From Tolypothrix carrinoi HA7290-LM1 (GTDB taxonomy: Bacteria; Cyanobacteriota; Cyanobacteriia; Cyanobacteriales; Nostocaceae): a DNA stretch of 38,944 nucleotides. Made by a program: the position numbers and the translations under genes. The notes under the pieces are model-generated. The model was not told the origin of the DNA. It saw nothing but the letters and a program-made list of their open reading frames with translations, and searched no databases. Location of the stretch: NCBI GenBank assembly GCA_019358935.1, contig JAHHIK010000081.1, positions 1-38,944 on the forward strand, written 5' to 3'. Of the stretch, positions 1 through 10,465 are shown one piece after another (within the stretch, counting starts at the first letter, position 1; every line of letters begins with the position of its first letter).

Positions 1-98
1 GGAACCACACTGAACCCATCCCGAACTCAGAGGTGAAACACAGCAGCGGCGACGATAGTCTAGGGGTAGCCCTACGCCAAAATAGCTCGATGCCAGGA
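1..98 (+). rRNA. rrf: 5S rRNA (5' end outside window)
   Basis: Conserved 5S motifs GGAACCAC..CCCATCCCGAACTCAGAGGTGAAAC..GGCGACGATAGT and 3' end GATGCCAGGA; terminator follows. Confidence 0.95.
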
Positions 99-113
99 TT
101 TATAATTTAAGAC

Positions 114-154
114 AAAAAGCCTTCTCTAAATAATTAGAGGAGGTTTTTGTTTTT
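114..154 (+). terminator. Intrinsic terminator after rRNA
   Basis: GCCTTCTCTAA-ATAA-TTAGAGGAGGT stem (119-144) with an A-run before and TTTTGTTTT after. Confidence 0.8.
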
Positions 155-189
155 GCTATGATTATTTAAACATGCGGTGGATTACTTTC

Positions 190-843
190 ATGACATTACC
201 CACCATCACCCAAGATACGATTGAACTTGCTCCGGGAGATGAGTTAATCCTGCGATTTAGGACTTGGCATGATTATGAAGATTTGCTCACCCGTCGGCTG
301 GATAAAGCGGGACTAAAGATTCGATATAGCAGCGCTACTCAAGAAATTAGAATTATGTCACCTTTGCCGGGGCATGGCAAAAATACTGATATACTAGCAG
401 ACTTGGTGAAGGCAATGTTGCGACATCAAGGTAAGGACTGGGAGGCTTTTACACCTATTACTCTCAAACGAGCAAATCAACAAGGAGTAGAACCCGATTA
501 CTGTTTTTATATTCAAAATCGAGAGCGCATCTTAGGAAAGGAGCGCATTGACTTTGAAGTTGACCCTCCTCCCGATTTAGCAATTGAGGTTGATTTAACT
601 TCTACTACGAAAGCAGAGGACTATCAAGCGATCGCCCCTACTGAACTTTGGATTTACCTTAGGAATAATTTACTTATCTATCTGTTCGATGGGCAACAGT
701 ATCAGGAAAGTCAAACGAGTTATAATTTTCCTGATTTTGATGTGAAAAAACTGATATCGCAGTACGTTGAACGAGGATGGCAGATTGGTTCTAGTGTTGC
801 TGTGCGAGAGTTTGAAAGGTTTTTGAAAGAAGGTAGTTATTGA
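190..843 (+). CDS. Uma2 (DUF820) family putative endonuclease
   Basis: Motifs TWHDYE, IMSPLPGHG, GVEPDYCFYI, PPPDLAIEVD and ELWIY are typical of cyanobacterial Uma2. Start could be 172 or 190. Confidence 0.9.
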   Translation: MTLPTITQDTIELAPGDELILRFRTWHDYEDLLTRRLDKAGLKIRYSSATQEIRIMSPLPGHGKNTDILADLVKAMLRHQGKDWEAFTPITLKRANQQGVEPDYCFYIQNRERILGKERIDFEVDPPPDLAIEVDLTSTTKAEDYQAIAPTELWIYLRNNLLIYLFDGQQYQESQTSYNFPDFDVKKLISQYVERGWQIGSSVAVREFERFLKEGSY

Positions 844-964
844 CTCAAAATTATTAGTGATATTGTAAGTTGGTTAAGTTAAGTGCAATTTAATCAACAA
901 CATAACGAAGTAATTATAAACATTTTCTATTATCTGTAACTGCTTGGTTATCTCCTCTTGTATT

Positions 965-1272
965 TTAATCCACAATTATTTTATACATAGTGGTATTATA
1001 TGCCATCAAACATGGGAATATAAAGAAGTTTAATAGCTGTGCAAAGAATGATATGAGACATCATCACTCCAAGTCATCCTATTTATCTGATTTGTTGCAC
1101 CACCCAGCATCAGTAACTTCAAAAAAATCATTCCTCTATACCCTTTAACAATCTGCCAACTTCGTTTAAGAGATTGTACAACAGAACATTTTTCAAGAAT
1201 GATTGTTTGCAGGTAAAATATTAAGGAAAATCCTAGATACATTGCTGGTATTATAAAAAGTATTATTCCCAT
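965..1272 (-). pseudogene. Decayed multi-pass membrane protein fragment (GPDPase membrane-domain / DUF975-like)
   Basis: ORF 1030-1272 has a 'LFIIP..Y...ILEK..VVQSLKRSWQIVKG' motif. A hydrophobic tail (LISFFAQLLNFFIFPCLMAYNTTMYKIIVD*) continues in another frame to a stop at 965-967. No N-terminal half is visible. Confidence 0.55.
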
Positions 1273-1350
1273 AACGACAATAATCTAGTAAAATCCGGAT
1301 TTGAAAGAATTGGTATAAGTCCTACTTTTTATCGTGCAGAGAAAAGTGCG

Positions 1351-1392
1351 AAACAAAAAATCACCCCCCTCTTTGCAATTAAAGAAGGGGGT
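1351..1392 (-). terminator. ndhCKJ terminator
   Basis: Minus strand reads ACCCCCTTCTTT-AATTGC-AAAGAGGGGGGT then GATTTTTTGTTT, just after the ndhJ stop. Confidence 0.75.
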
Positions 1393-1415
1393 AAGAGTGT
1401 CAGGTACTATTCACT

Positions 1416-1943
1416 CTAGTAGGCGTCTTGCATCTCGTAGAAATCAGGGGAGATGTAATCTTTACGCAAAGGAAAACCTACCCAATCTTCTGGCATCAAC
1501 AGCCGTTTGAGATTCGGATGTCCTTCATAGATAATACCGAATAAATCGTAAGATTCACGCTCTTGCCAGTCTGCGGTCTTCCAAATCCAGTAGACTGAAG
1601 GTACTCTGGGATTTTCTCGTGGTAAGAACACCTTTACTCGCACTTCTTCAGGGCGATCGCTATTATCACCGACTTTAATCAAGTGATACATACTGACCAA
1701 CTCCTGTCCAGGTCCAGTATCAATACCACATTGACACTGAAGATAATTAAACCCGTAGGCATACAGTGCAGTAGAAATTGGCAACAAGAAATCTGGCTCA
1801 ACCTTAATAATTTCTACCCCATTATGGTCGGGTGCCAAAAACTCATGAGCAAAGCCATTTTCTGTTAACCATTGGGAAACTTTACCCGCTTGTACCAAAG
1901 ACTCTTTTTCTACTGGTACTGGTTTGGATTCTTCATCAGCCAC
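1416..1943 (-). CDS. ndhJ: NDH-1 subunit J
   Basis: [46 protein letters not shown]; operon order ndhC-K-J. Confidence 0.98.
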   Translation of the reverse strand: MADEESKPVPVEKESLVQAGKVSQWLTENGFAHEFLAPDHNGVEIIKVEPDFLLPISTALYAYGFNYLQCQCGIDTGPGQELVSMYHLIKVGDNSDRPEEVRVKVFLPRENPRVPSVYWIWKTADWQERESYDLFGIIYEGHPNLKRLLMPEDWVGFPLRKDYISPDFYEMQDAY

Positions 1944-2670
1944 GGCTAGCTTCCTCCTTTTGCCCCTGTGTTAGCAGCGCAGGTGGTATCGGCATACCTA
2001 TAGCTTCCGTCAATTCCTTGGGCGGTGTGAAGCGAGTTTCTGACTGCATATACTTGCCAGTGAGAATTTGCTCGGCTTGCTTCATGTTGTGAGTCGTGCT
2101 GTAATAACGGTGAGTTTGCTTAATCAAACTCCGCTCTTGCATCGAATCATTAGCTATCTTTTTCCGCAGCTTGATGATCGCGTCAATAATTGCTTCTGGA
2201 CGCGGTGGACAACCGGGTAAATACACGTCCACGGGAATCAGCTTATCAACTCCACGCACTGCTGTGGGAGAATCCACGCTAAACATCCCACCAGTAATCG
2301 TACAAGCTCCCATAGCGATAACATACTTGGGTTCCGGCATTTGTTCGTAAAGACGCACCAACTGAGGTGCCATCTTCATCGTGATCGTTCCTGCCGTAAT
2401 AATTAAATCAGCTTGCCGGGGGCTAGAACGAGGAATTAGTCCGAAACGGTCAAAATCAAATCGGGAACCAATCAAAGCTGCAAACTCAATAAAGCAGCAA
2501 GCCGTACCAAACAATAAGGGCCACAAACTCGAAAGCCGCGCCCAGTTGTATAAATCATCAACCGTAGTGAGAATTACGTTTTCTGAAAGGTCTTGAGTAA
2601 CTGTAGTCCGCTCAATCGGATTGATAATTCGCTCTTTATCTTCGGTAGTTGAATTAGTATTCAAGACCAT
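1936..2670 (-). CDS. ndhK: NDH-1 subunit K (NuoB)
   Basis: [39 protein letters not shown]e-S motifs. Confidence 0.99.
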   Translation of the reverse strand: MVLNTNSTTEDKERIINPIERTTVTQDLSENVILTTVDDLYNWARLSSLWPLLFGTACCFIEFAALIGSRFDFDRFGLIPRSSPRQADLIITAGTITMKMAPQLVRLYEQMPEPKYVIAMGACTITGGMFSVDSPTAVRGVDKLIPVDVYLPGCPPRPEAIIDAIIKLRKKIANDSMQERSLIKQTHRYYSTTHNMKQAEQILTGKYMQSETRFTPPKELTEAIGMPIPPALLTQGQKEEASRG

Positions 2671-3023
2671 TCCAAAGCTCCTTTACGCCATGCATAAACT
2701 AGGGCAACTACAAGAATCGCAATAAAAATCAGTGCTTCAATAAATGCCAATAGCCCCAAACGGTGGAAAGCGACCGCCCAAGGATAGAGAAACACCGTCT
2801 CCACATCAAAAACGACGAAGACCAGCGCAAACATGTAGTAGCGAATATTGAACTGAATCCAAGCTCCACCGATGGGTTCCATGCCGGATTCATAGGTGGT
2901 GCGCCGTTCCGGGTTGCGACCACTGGGTCTGAGGAGCTTCGACGCTGAAAGCGCCAGGGCAGGCACTAGGCTACAGACTAATAAGAAGCCTAGAAGGTAT
3001 TCGTAACCGCTGAGGACAAACAC
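2661..3023 (-). CDS. ndhC: NDH-1 subunit 3
   Basis: [40 protein letters not shown] start. Confidence 0.99.
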   Translation of the reverse strand: MFVLSGYEYLLGFLLVCSLVPALALSASKLLRPSGRNPERRTTYESGMEPIGGAWIQFNIRYYMFALVFVVFDVETVFLYPWAVAFHRLGLLAFIEALIFIAILVVALVYAWRKGALEWS

Positions 3024-3219
3024 AATAAATATCTACCTACCGCTATTGGTGTAAATAACTCTGTTACCTTCTTTTACATTATTATATCTTTTTGATGGAT
3101 GCTGAATGCTGCGAAACAGACAGGCTTGAGGTATTTGATTCCTTTTTGATTGTGATAGAAAAGTCTAACAGTTATGTCATAATTTTTAACGTATATTTAA
3201 TATTTGCCCCTTAGCCGCC

Positions 3220-3555
3220 ATGAGTGAACAAGCTGTTGAGACTCAAGAGTTAGACCGCTACGAGTGTCGTGCTTGCGGTTACATCTATCAACCTGAAAAG
3301 GGAGATGACAGCAATGACATTCCCCCAGGAACACCTTTCGCAGAATTGCCCATAACTTGGCGTTGCCCAGTTTGTGCTGCGAAAAAGAACGCTTTCGCCA
3401 ACGTCGGTCCCCAAGGCACAGCATCCGGCTTTAAGGAAAATCTCGGTTATGGATTGGGTGTCAACCAGCTGACACCGACCCAAAAGAATATCCTGATTTT
3501 CGGTGCATTGGCTCTTGCCTTCTTGTTTTTTTTAAGTCTCTACGGTTTACAGTAG
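3220..3555 (+). CDS. rubA: Membrane-anchored rubredoxin
   Basis: CRACGY and WRCPVC iron-binding motifs, C-terminal TM helix, position upstream of ycf48-psbEFLJ. Confidence 0.96.
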   Translation: MSEQAVETQELDRYECRACGYIYQPEKGDDSNDIPPGTPFAELPITWRCPVCAAKKNAFANVGPQGTASGFKENLGYGLGVNQLTPTQKNILIFGALALAFLFFLSLYGLQ

Positions 3556-3649
3556 GTTGGGCGTTTGCCTTACCTACGTAAAAACCGATTACTTAAAGTA
3601 ACCTTTGAAAAAACCCCTAGACAAATTTAGAAGAAACTAAAAAATACAG

Positions 3650-4672
3650 ATGCATTCAATTGTGAGAAGTTGGCAAAGAATAGTTGCCTTGTTGGTAGTC
3701 GTCCTCATGTGTATAGGTTGTAGCAAAGTTCCCTCTACCAGCTACAATCCTTGGGAAATCATTACTGTACCAACACAGGCGAAACTGCTGGATATTGCCT
3801 TTACTGATAACCTTCAGCATGGCTATTTAGTCGGTAGCAGCGCTACTTTGTTGGAAACAAAAGACGGTGGTGAAACTTGGAAACCTTTAACACTGCAACT
3901 TGACGATCCGAAGTATCGGTTTAACTCAGTCAGTTTTTCTGGAAAAGAAGGATGGATAGTCGGAGAGCCAGGTCTGGTATTGCACACCACTGATGAAGGT
4001 GCTTCGTGGTCGCGCATTCCCGTAAGCGAAAAGCTACCCGGCGGTCCAATTAGCATTTTGGCATTGGGAAAAAACTCAGCTGAAATGGTTACAAATGTAG
4101 GAGCAATATATAAGACTACAGACGGCGGTAAAAACTGGAAAGCACAGGTAGAACAAGCAGTCGGTGTGCTGCGTAACATCAAGCGATCGCCTGATGGTAA
4201 ATATGTCGGGGTTTCTGCCAAAGGTAACTTCTACTCAACTTGGGAACCGGGACAAACTGCTTGGGTTCCTCATAACCGCAATAGTTCTAGACGAGTTGAA
4301 AATATGGGGTTTACCGACAATGGGCAATTATGGATGCTAGCACGAGGGGGTCAAGTGCAATTTAACGATCCAGAAAAACCTGAAGAGTGGCTAGAAGCTC
4401 AATATCCAGAAGTGTCTACAAGCTGGGGCTTACTGGATATGGCATATCGCACACCCGAAGAAATTTGGCTCGGTGGTGGTAGCGGTAACTTGCTGCGAAG
4501 TAACGATGGTGGCAAAACCTGGGAAAAAGACCGTGATGTGGAAGGAGTTCCGGCGAATTTGTATAAGATTGTGTTCTTTTCTCCGGAACACGGATTTATT
4601 ATTGGCGATCGCGGTATTTTACTAAAATATCAACCAAGCGTTGCAGCAAGTTCCAAATCAGAGGCAGCTTAG
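3650..4672 (+). CDS. ycf48: PSII assembly factor Ycf48/HCF136
   Basis: Lipoprotein-like signal (CIGC), BNR repeats (TKDGGETW, TTDGGKNW, SNDGGKTW), RNSSRR motif, synteny. Confidence 0.97.
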   Translation: MHSIVRSWQRIVALLVVVLMCIGCSKVPSTSYNPWEIITVPTQAKLLDIAFTDNLQHGYLVGSSATLLETKDGGETWKPLTLQLDDPKYRFNSVSFSGKEGWIVGEPGLVLHTTDEGASWSRIPVSEKLPGGPISILALGKNSAEMVTNVGAIYKTTDGGKNWKAQVEQAVGVLRNIKRSPDGKYVGVSAKGNFYSTWEPGQTAWVPHNRNSSRRVENMGFTDNGQLWMLARGGQVQFNDPEKPEEWLEAQYPEVSTSWGLLDMAYRTPEEIWLGGGSGNLLRSNDGGKTWEKDRDVEGVPANLYKIVFFSPEHGFIIGDRGILLKYQPSVAASSKSEAA

Positions 4673-4796
4673 TCTTAACCTCATTCCTTGGGTATTTATG
4701 TTGCAATTTATGAGAAGTAGGTTGCAAGTTGTAACTCTTTCTAAACTTTGTAGGATAATATTCTCAAGAACAATCTCACTAAGATAGGAATCACGC

Positions 4797-5048
4797 ATGT
4801 CAGGTACCACTGGAGAACGTCCGTTTTCGGACATTATTACCAGCGTTCGTTACTGGGTAATTCACAGCATCACCATCCCCGCATTATTTATTGCAGGTTG
4901 GTTATTTGTCAGCACCGGACTGGCTTATGATGTATTTGGCACACCTCGCCCCAACGAGTATTACCCAAGAGCGGAGCAGGTAGCACCGCCAATTGTCAAC
5001 GATCGCTTTGAAGCTAAAAAGCAAATTGAGCAATATACAGGAAAATAG
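4797..5048 (+). CDS. psbE: Cytochrome b559 alpha subunit
   Basis: [31 protein letters not shown]. Confidence 0.99.
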   Translation: MSGTTGERPFSDIITSVRYWVIHSITIPALFIAGWLFVSTGLAYDVFGTPRPNEYYPRAEQVAPPIVNDRFEAKKQIEQYTGK

Positions 5049-5054
5049 TTTGAC

Positions 5055-5192
5055 ATGACCACCGGCAATAACGTTAATCAACCAATTACTTACCCCATTT
5101 TTACGGTTAGATGGCTTGCAGTTCACACTCTAGCTGTACCCACCGTGTTCTTTTTGGGTGCGATCGCTTCAATGCAGTTTATTCAACGCTAG
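5055..5192 (+). CDS. psbF: Cytochrome b559 beta subunit
   Basis: Hand translation: [45 protein letters not shown]. Confidence 0.98.
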   Translation: MTTGNNVNQPITYPIFTVRWLAVHTLAVPTVFFLGAIASMQFIQR

Positions 5193-5201
5193 GAGGAACT
5201 C

Positions 5202-5321
5202 ATGGATAGATCGCCAAATCCTAATAAACAGCCGGTCGAACTAAACCGGACTTCGCTTTACCTGGGACTACTACTGATTTTTGTTCTGGGGATTCTATTT
5301 TCCAGTTACTTCTTTAACTAA
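5202..5321 (+). CDS. psbL: PSII protein L
   Basis: Hand translation: [48 protein letters not shown]. Confidence 0.98.
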   Translation: MDRSPNPNKQPVELNRTSLYLGLLLIFVLGILFSSYFFN

Positions 5322-5393
5322 CAAAGAACGACTGGTATTAATCCTTGTTTATTTAACAAGCGTTGATTTTTTTATTAAGGGAGGAGAAAAGCT

Positions 5394-5513
5394 GTGTCTG
5401 GAAGTGGAAGAATTCCCCTGTGGGTTGTCGCTACAATCGCAGGGTTAGGTGTAATTACTGTTGTAGGCATTTTCTTTTACGGGGCTTACGCCGGAATCGG
5501 TTCTTCCATATAA
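5394..5513 (+). CDS. psbJ: PSII protein J
   Basis: GTG start after [44 protein letters not shown]. Confidence 0.97.
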   Translation: MSGSGRIPLWVVATIAGLGVITVVGIFFYGAYAGIGSSI

Positions 5514-5577
5514 TTGTGGCTGGAACTGAATACCGTTGCTGTGTGAATTTTAAGCGCAATTGTTGAGAAATCAGCAT

Positions 5578-5621
5578 AAAAAAACCGCCTGTCTTTTAAA
5601 GATAGGCGGTATTTTAATTTT
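5578..5621. terminator. Terminator after psbJ (probably bidirectional)
   Basis: ACCGCCTGTCT-TTTAA-AGATAGGCGGT (5584-5610) with A-run before and T-rich tail after. A second hairpin CAAAAAATCGATGA..TCATCGGTTTTTG lies at 5641-5675. Confidence 0.75.
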
Positions 5622-5696
5622 GAGTAGCCTGATAAATCTGCAAAAAATCGATGAAAAATTAATCATCGGTTTTTGGGATTGGGGATTTATCCAAAC

Positions 5697-5807
5697 TTAG
5701 GCTATATCTTCGCGTTCAATGTATATAAGCATGAACGCAAATACCACTGCTGGAAAAATTAAACCAGTCAGAGGAACCAAGATAGAAGGCAAAAATGAAG
5801 CTGACAT
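5697..5807 (-). CDS. psaI: Photosystem I subunit VIII
   Basis: Hand translation: [46 protein letters not shown] motif. Confidence 0.95.
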   Translation of the reverse strand: MSASFLPSILVPLTGLIFPAVVFAFMLIYIEREDIA

Positions 5808-5954
5808 AGTAAAGATTCCTGTTAAATCTCACTGCAATTCATTCTGGAGCTTACTGCAAATTGTGCCTCATTTTTGAAAATCTATCATATTTTTAACAAA
5901 TTGAGATTTTATAAGGGGTAGGGATAAAAATTTTCCCCTTAACTCCCCGCAAGC

Positions 5955-8537
5955 TCATATTCCCAGCAGTTCATCTAGCTGCAAAGTTGGCAAATCTGGA
6001 GGAATCACAGTCCTTGTGATTGTAACTTTATGACTTTCCTGTTGAGTTGCCATATCTATAGCGATCGCTTCTAAGCGAATTTCCAAACAGCCAAAGGGAA
6101 TATTTAATTGAGTCATCACCTCCAAATCTCCCAAAGAATTAGGTAGCAAATTCTTCAGCAAATGCGGACCGTCTAGCAACCAGCGAGTTTGACAATCCTC
6201 CATCCATAACTTCACAGCCATTTGCGGACGCACGTAAGGCAGATGCACGCGCACCCTGACAGACTTACCAGCGATAAGTTCACCTTCTGGTACATGCAGT
6301 TGCGGAATTGGCAATGGATTCCAATTTGCCGCTGCTATAGCTAGAGAAACCGATAAATCTGTAACAGGTTCGTTTTTTTGCTTCAACAAACCGCTTTGCG
6401 TAGTATCGGCTTCATATTCATTCGCTGTATCATCTACAACAATCTCTTGTGCTAACCAAGTCGGCTGGATTTGGAGATGAGGGGCAGGTGGTAATTGTGG
6501 TACTTGCGGTGATAAGGAAACTTCTGATACTTTTTCCTCAGGGAGCGTGTCCGTATCTTCTTCTACAATATCGCCTTGTTGTGTCTCCATATCAGATACT
6601 AACGGCGAATTAACATCAGCAGTCAAAGTTTGTTCGTCCAAAGAAACCGGATGTTGTTCAGAAATGGTCTGGTTAGCTGGAGTATAACTATAGTAGTTCT
6701 GAGGCTGCACATCGCTCGGTTCAGGCAACGAGTAGCCTTGAGTCTGCATCCACTTTCTGATTAAAGGAGATGAATAGGGGTTGTCTGGTGTGATTAATTC
6801 AGAAGTTTGCGGAAGAACTACTTCTGCAAAAGAATTATCTGGCGATCGCGCATCCAGTTCGACTAATTCCGGTGCATCTGGAGAGCCTTCTAAGTCAATT
6901 GCATTTTCTGACTCAGCTACAGTAGTATTAAGCTGCGGGGATTCCTCATGAGTTTGATAATCCAAAGCATCTTGCACGTTGCTTTGAACTGCTTCAAAGT
7001 CAGTAGGTAAGGGTTTAAGCGGTGTCAAATATCTAAAAGTAGAGCCTGCACTCAGAGAAAGTCTTGTTTGTTCCTCAATTATTGGTACTTGATGCTCGGT
7101 TATAGTATCTGTGTTCTCTAAACGCTGCAATTTTGGCGAGGTATCCAAAACAACAGCAGCAGCAATCATTTTAGTTTGCCCGCGAGAAAACGTTGGCAAT
7201 TCAGGCGATGTCTTTTGACAAGAAGCAGAGCTTCTACGCGCTGCTGCTGATTTCTCTAGCGATCGCGGATCAATTCGCGGTGGTAAAGCTTTTTTCGGCG
7301 ATGTCTGAAAAACCAAATTCCGATCACATCTTACGCTTTTTACCAGATTAAACAGTTGTAAATCAAGGGTTGATGGTAATGGTTTTTTAGGAATAGGCGG
7401 CGCGATCGCTGAATCTAGTTCTGGTGTACTATGTTTGACAGCAGTGGTAATTGCCAGTAATTCTGTCACATCTGCTGTAATTGTGAAAGACTGACTGGCT
7501 AACAGTGTTACCTCACCAATTCCAGCGAGTGCGCCATAGAAACTCATGTCTGCTAAAATCAGCTTGGATTCGCAATCAGCCGGAATTTCAATCTGACTGC
7601 TAATAGTACACGGTAAAATCTTTTCCGGTAAAGGTTGCCTGACTTGAGTTAATATTTCCGATTTTTGGGGCGATCGCATTTCAATTCGCACTTCTGCCGC
7701 ACAGACACTTTCTAAATCTGATGTGTCACTCAGCAGCTCTTGTTTTAATTCTACGCGCCCATTGAGACAAAGAGTTTCTCCCCAACGAGCAATATAAGTT
7801 TCCTGCTCTAAGGTTAGCAGTAGTGGTGGCGGTGCTTGCTCTTCTGGAGTCACATCAATCGCTTCATCATGAAGCAAAGATTCAGAAGCGGGTAAAGCTA
7901 ACTCTAATAAGTTTTGTAAAATTTGCTCTGCTGTTTCACCTTTAACCCACACTGGGGTAATAGGTGCATCTTCTTCTTTTATAGTTGGCAAAGGCTCAGT
8001 AGTCGCAGCGTTACTTTGTGTAGTAATTACTGATGCCTTAACGGTGATAGTGTTATGTATGGTACTAGAAGTTTGGGCTGCGGCTGTTGATAAGCTGTTG
8101 CGATGAGAAAAAGTATCTTCGCGATCGTCATCGCGTGAAAGATGATGCTCAGAGTCGTCCAATCTCCTGACATCCGATAAAACTGTTGATTCGGGCAGAA
8201 CTTGTATTTTGATGGTATGTTGCCAGGATTTACCGAGCATATCAGACATCAAATCGCCAGAGCATCGTAACTCCCAAATTCCCGGTTTCAAGTGGGTGAA
8301 GGGGATAACTGCCATTAAACCTTCATTGTTAGTGCGACGCGATCGCTTTTGAACTCGTCGCAGAAGCGGAACTTCCTGAGTGGAGGAGTGAATTACGCGC
8401 ACTTCTACATCTATATTAGGACGGTTAGAGCGAGCCAAAACTCGATACCGACCTTCCAATATTTCTAAGTTTGGCGATTCCAAGGTATGCCAAGAGCGAT
8501 CGCCCTGTTTCTGTATTAGAAATTGCCAGTGTTCCAT
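5955..8537 (-). CDS. Large conserved cyanobacterial hypothetical protein
   Basis: 860-aa ORF with beta-rich N-terminal, middle and C-terminal blocks separated by acidic P/S/T-rich linkers; 7 HIP1 sites. Confidence 0.88.
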   Translation of the reverse strand: MEHWQFLIQKQGDRSWHTLESPNLEILEGRYRVLARSNRPNIDVEVRVIHSSTQEVPLLRRVQKRSRRTNNEGLMAVIPFTHLKPGIWELRCSGDLMSDMLGKSWQHTIKIQVLPESTVLSDVRRLDDSEHHLSRDDDREDTFSHRNSLSTAAAQTSSTIHNTITVKASVITTQSNAATTEPLPTIKEEDAPITPVWVKGETAEQILQNLLELALPASESLLHDEAIDVTPEEQAPPPLLLTLEQETYIARWGETLCLNGRVELKQELLSDTSDLESVCAAEVRIEMRSPQKSEILTQVRQPLPEKILPCTISSQIEIPADCESKLILADMSFYGALAGIGEVTLLASQSFTITADVTELLAITTAVKHSTPELDSAIAPPIPKKPLPSTLDLQLFNLVKSVRCDRNLVFQTSPKKALPPRIDPRSLEKSAAARRSSASCQKTSPELPTFSRGQTKMIAAAVVLDTSPKLQRLENTDTITEHQVPIIEEQTRLSLSAGSTFRYLTPLKPLPTDFEAVQSNVQDALDYQTHEESPQLNTTVAESENAIDLEGSPDAPELVELDARSPDNSFAEVVLPQTSELITPDNPYSSPLIRKWMQTQGYSLPEPSDVQPQNYYSYTPANQTISEQHPVSLDEQTLTADVNSPLVSDMETQQGDIVEEDTDTLPEEKVSEVSLSPQVPQLPPAPHLQIQPTWLAQEIVVDDTANEYEADTTQSGLLKQKNEPVTDLSVSLAIAAANWNPLPIPQLHVPEGELIAGKSVRVRVHLPYVRPQMAVKLWMEDCQTRWLLDGPHLLKNLLPNSLGDLEVMTQLNIPFGCLEIRLEAIAIDMATQQESHKVTITRTVIPPDLPTLQLDELLGI

Positions 8538-8722
8538 TGTGGGTGATGCCGAAACCGAAGGGAAGCACAGTAATATTTTGCATTACTTTGCTAGCCAGTG
8601 TACCCCAGGAATTTGTAATTTCATCACCTGAAATTATGTTTTGATTCAAACACTGGCAGGATATGCTTTAGAGGATTTGTAACACTTTCGTCAATAGTAT
8701 TTAATAATTGTCATAATTTCCT

Positions 8723-9655
8723 TTAGATTAAAGTTGCTTCCCAGTATGGCGGATCGCCAAATCGTTTAATCAAGAAATCGATCAACGTTTTAACTCGCAC
8801 AGAATGCCTGCGATTCGGCAGATAAAGCGCATAAATGCCCATATCCATGTCAGACTGGGGATGCACTTGAAAGTCGATGAGTACGGCTTGCAATCGACCA
8901 GCCCGAATGTCCTCACCAATCAACCAAGTCGGCATCACAATTATACCCGCACCATCCAAGCAGACTTGGCGTAGTACCTCAGAATTATTCGCTACAAGTG
9001 AACCACTCACTTTGACTTCAAACACATCAGTGTCTCGCTGAAACCGCCATATATCATAGCCTGTGAAATACTTAAACAACAGGCAGTTGTGATGCGCTAA
9101 CTCTTCTGGATGTTTTGGCTTGCCATGCTGTTTGAAATATGATGGACTACCGCAGACAAAGCGTGTATGCGAGGCAAGCTTACGGACAATCAAGTTAGCA
9201 CCCGATCGCTCAAGATTTCCGATGCGGATGACAATATCCAGTTCCTCCTCCACTGGGTTAGACAATGTATCAATGAATCGGAGGTTCAGTTTCACGGCTG
9301 GATATTGAGCTAGAAACTCTGTGAGGATTGGTGCAACATGTATACGACCAAACGCGACAGGTAAACTGACCTGCAACAGCCCGCGTGGAACATCCTCACC
9401 CTCTGCCACGCATTGGTTCGCTTCCTCCACATCTTGCAGGATACGAACTGCTTTCTCGTAGTATTTATGACCTTGCGGTGTAAGGGTAATGCTGCGCGTT
9501 GATCGATTGAGTAGCTGAGTATTGAGCATTCCTTCCAAAGCATTCACCTGACGCGTTACAGAAGACACTGCCATCTGCAACTGCCGCGCAGCTTCAGAAA
9601 ATCCGCCGGTTTCTACGACCTTTACAAATGCGTGCATAGCTGCAAACTGATCCAT
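8723..9655 (-). CDS. LysR-type transcriptional regulator (CrgA/DmlR-like)
   Basis: HTH FVKVVETGGFSEAARQL..LEGMLNTQLLNRSTR; substrate domain PKHPEELAHHNCL. Confidence 0.96.
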   Translation of the reverse strand: MDQFAAMHAFVKVVETGGFSEAARQLQMAVSSVTRQVNALEGMLNTQLLNRSTRSITLTPQGHKYYEKAVRILQDVEEANQCVAEGEDVPRGLLQVSLPVAFGRIHVAPILTEFLAQYPAVKLNLRFIDTLSNPVEEELDIVIRIGNLERSGANLIVRKLASHTRFVCGSPSYFKQHGKPKHPEELAHHNCLLFKYFTGYDIWRFQRDTDVFEVKVSGSLVANNSEVLRQVCLDGAGIIVMPTWLIGEDIRAGRLQAVLIDFQVHPQSDMDMGIYALYLPNRRHSVRVKTLIDFLIKRFGDPPYWEATLI

Positions 9656-9676
9656 CGGCTCTCGTATTCTTCTACT

Positions 9677-9693
9677 TTTGCAAAAAACGCAAA
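9677..9693. promoter_or_regulatory. LTTR box (T-N11-A dyad)
   Basis: TTTGC-AAAAAAC-GCAAA interrupted palindrome 22 bp upstream of the LysR start, in the divergent promoter. Confidence 0.7.
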
Positions 9694-9785
9694 GGTGTTT
9701 GGCGTAATAGCCATATTATCATTTTTTCTGAGTGGGATTATAGTTGAGATGTAGGAAATCAATGTGTAGCTTGAAGAAGGCACTT

Positions 9786-10430
9786 ATGACCTTAACAATC
9801 GAAATAACCTCAGATTTTATCTGCCCGTGGTGTTTAGTCGTAGATAGACGATTAAATCAAGCGATCGCCCAACTCAAAACTCCTATTGAGATCCAGCGCA
9901 TTTGGTATCCATTCGAGCTAAACCCAACCATGCCGGAAGCAGGCATCGATCGCAAAACTTACCGCTCCAATAAATTTGGTAGTTGGGAATATTCACAAAC
10001 ACTGGATGCTCAAACCATGCAGGCTGCTATTGGTGACGGCATAGAATTCCGCTACGACTTGATGCAAGTCACTCCAAACACCTTGAAAGCTCATCGCTTG
10101 ACTTGGAAAGCTTGTCAGTTCGGCAAAGCAACCGAGATGGTAATCGCTATTCTGAACGCTTACTTTACTGAAGGACAAGATATTACCGATGTCGAAACCT
10201 TAGCCAAACTCGCTGCTGAAGTCGGGATGGATGCTAACCAAGTTAGAGCCTTCCTAACTTCTACTGAAGGTGTTGCGGAAGTGAAAGAGCTAGAAAAGCA
10301 GGCAGCGAACCGAAGTGTACGCAGCGTACCAACCATCAAAATTGGTAAGGAAACGATCGTCGGCGCACAGTCTGTTGATGTCTTTTTAACAGCCTTGCAA
10401 ACCGCAGTGAATGAAGTAGCGGCGGCATAA
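9786..10430 (+). CDS. DsbA-family (FrnE-like) cytoplasmic dithiol oxidoreductase
   Basis: SDFICPWC active site, PFELNP, AYFTEGQDI, VRSVPT, GAQ. ATG 9786 follows GAAGG; no signal peptide. Confidence 0.92.
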   Translation: MTLTIEITSDFICPWCLVVDRRLNQAIAQLKTPIEIQRIWYPFELNPTMPEAGIDRKTYRSNKFGSWEYSQTLDAQTMQAAIGDGIEFRYDLMQVTPNTLKAHRLTWKACQFGKATEMVIAILNAYFTEGQDITDVETLAKLAAEVGMDANQVRAFLTSTEGVAEVKELEKQAANRSVRSVPTIKIGKETIVGAQSVDVFLTALQTAVNEVAAA

Positions 10431-10465
10431 CGCCGATCATCAGAAGAATCTATTAGGAGGGTTCA

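Noticed and set aside
5363..5566. 67-aa ORF
   Set aside because: Out-of-frame shadow of psbJ.
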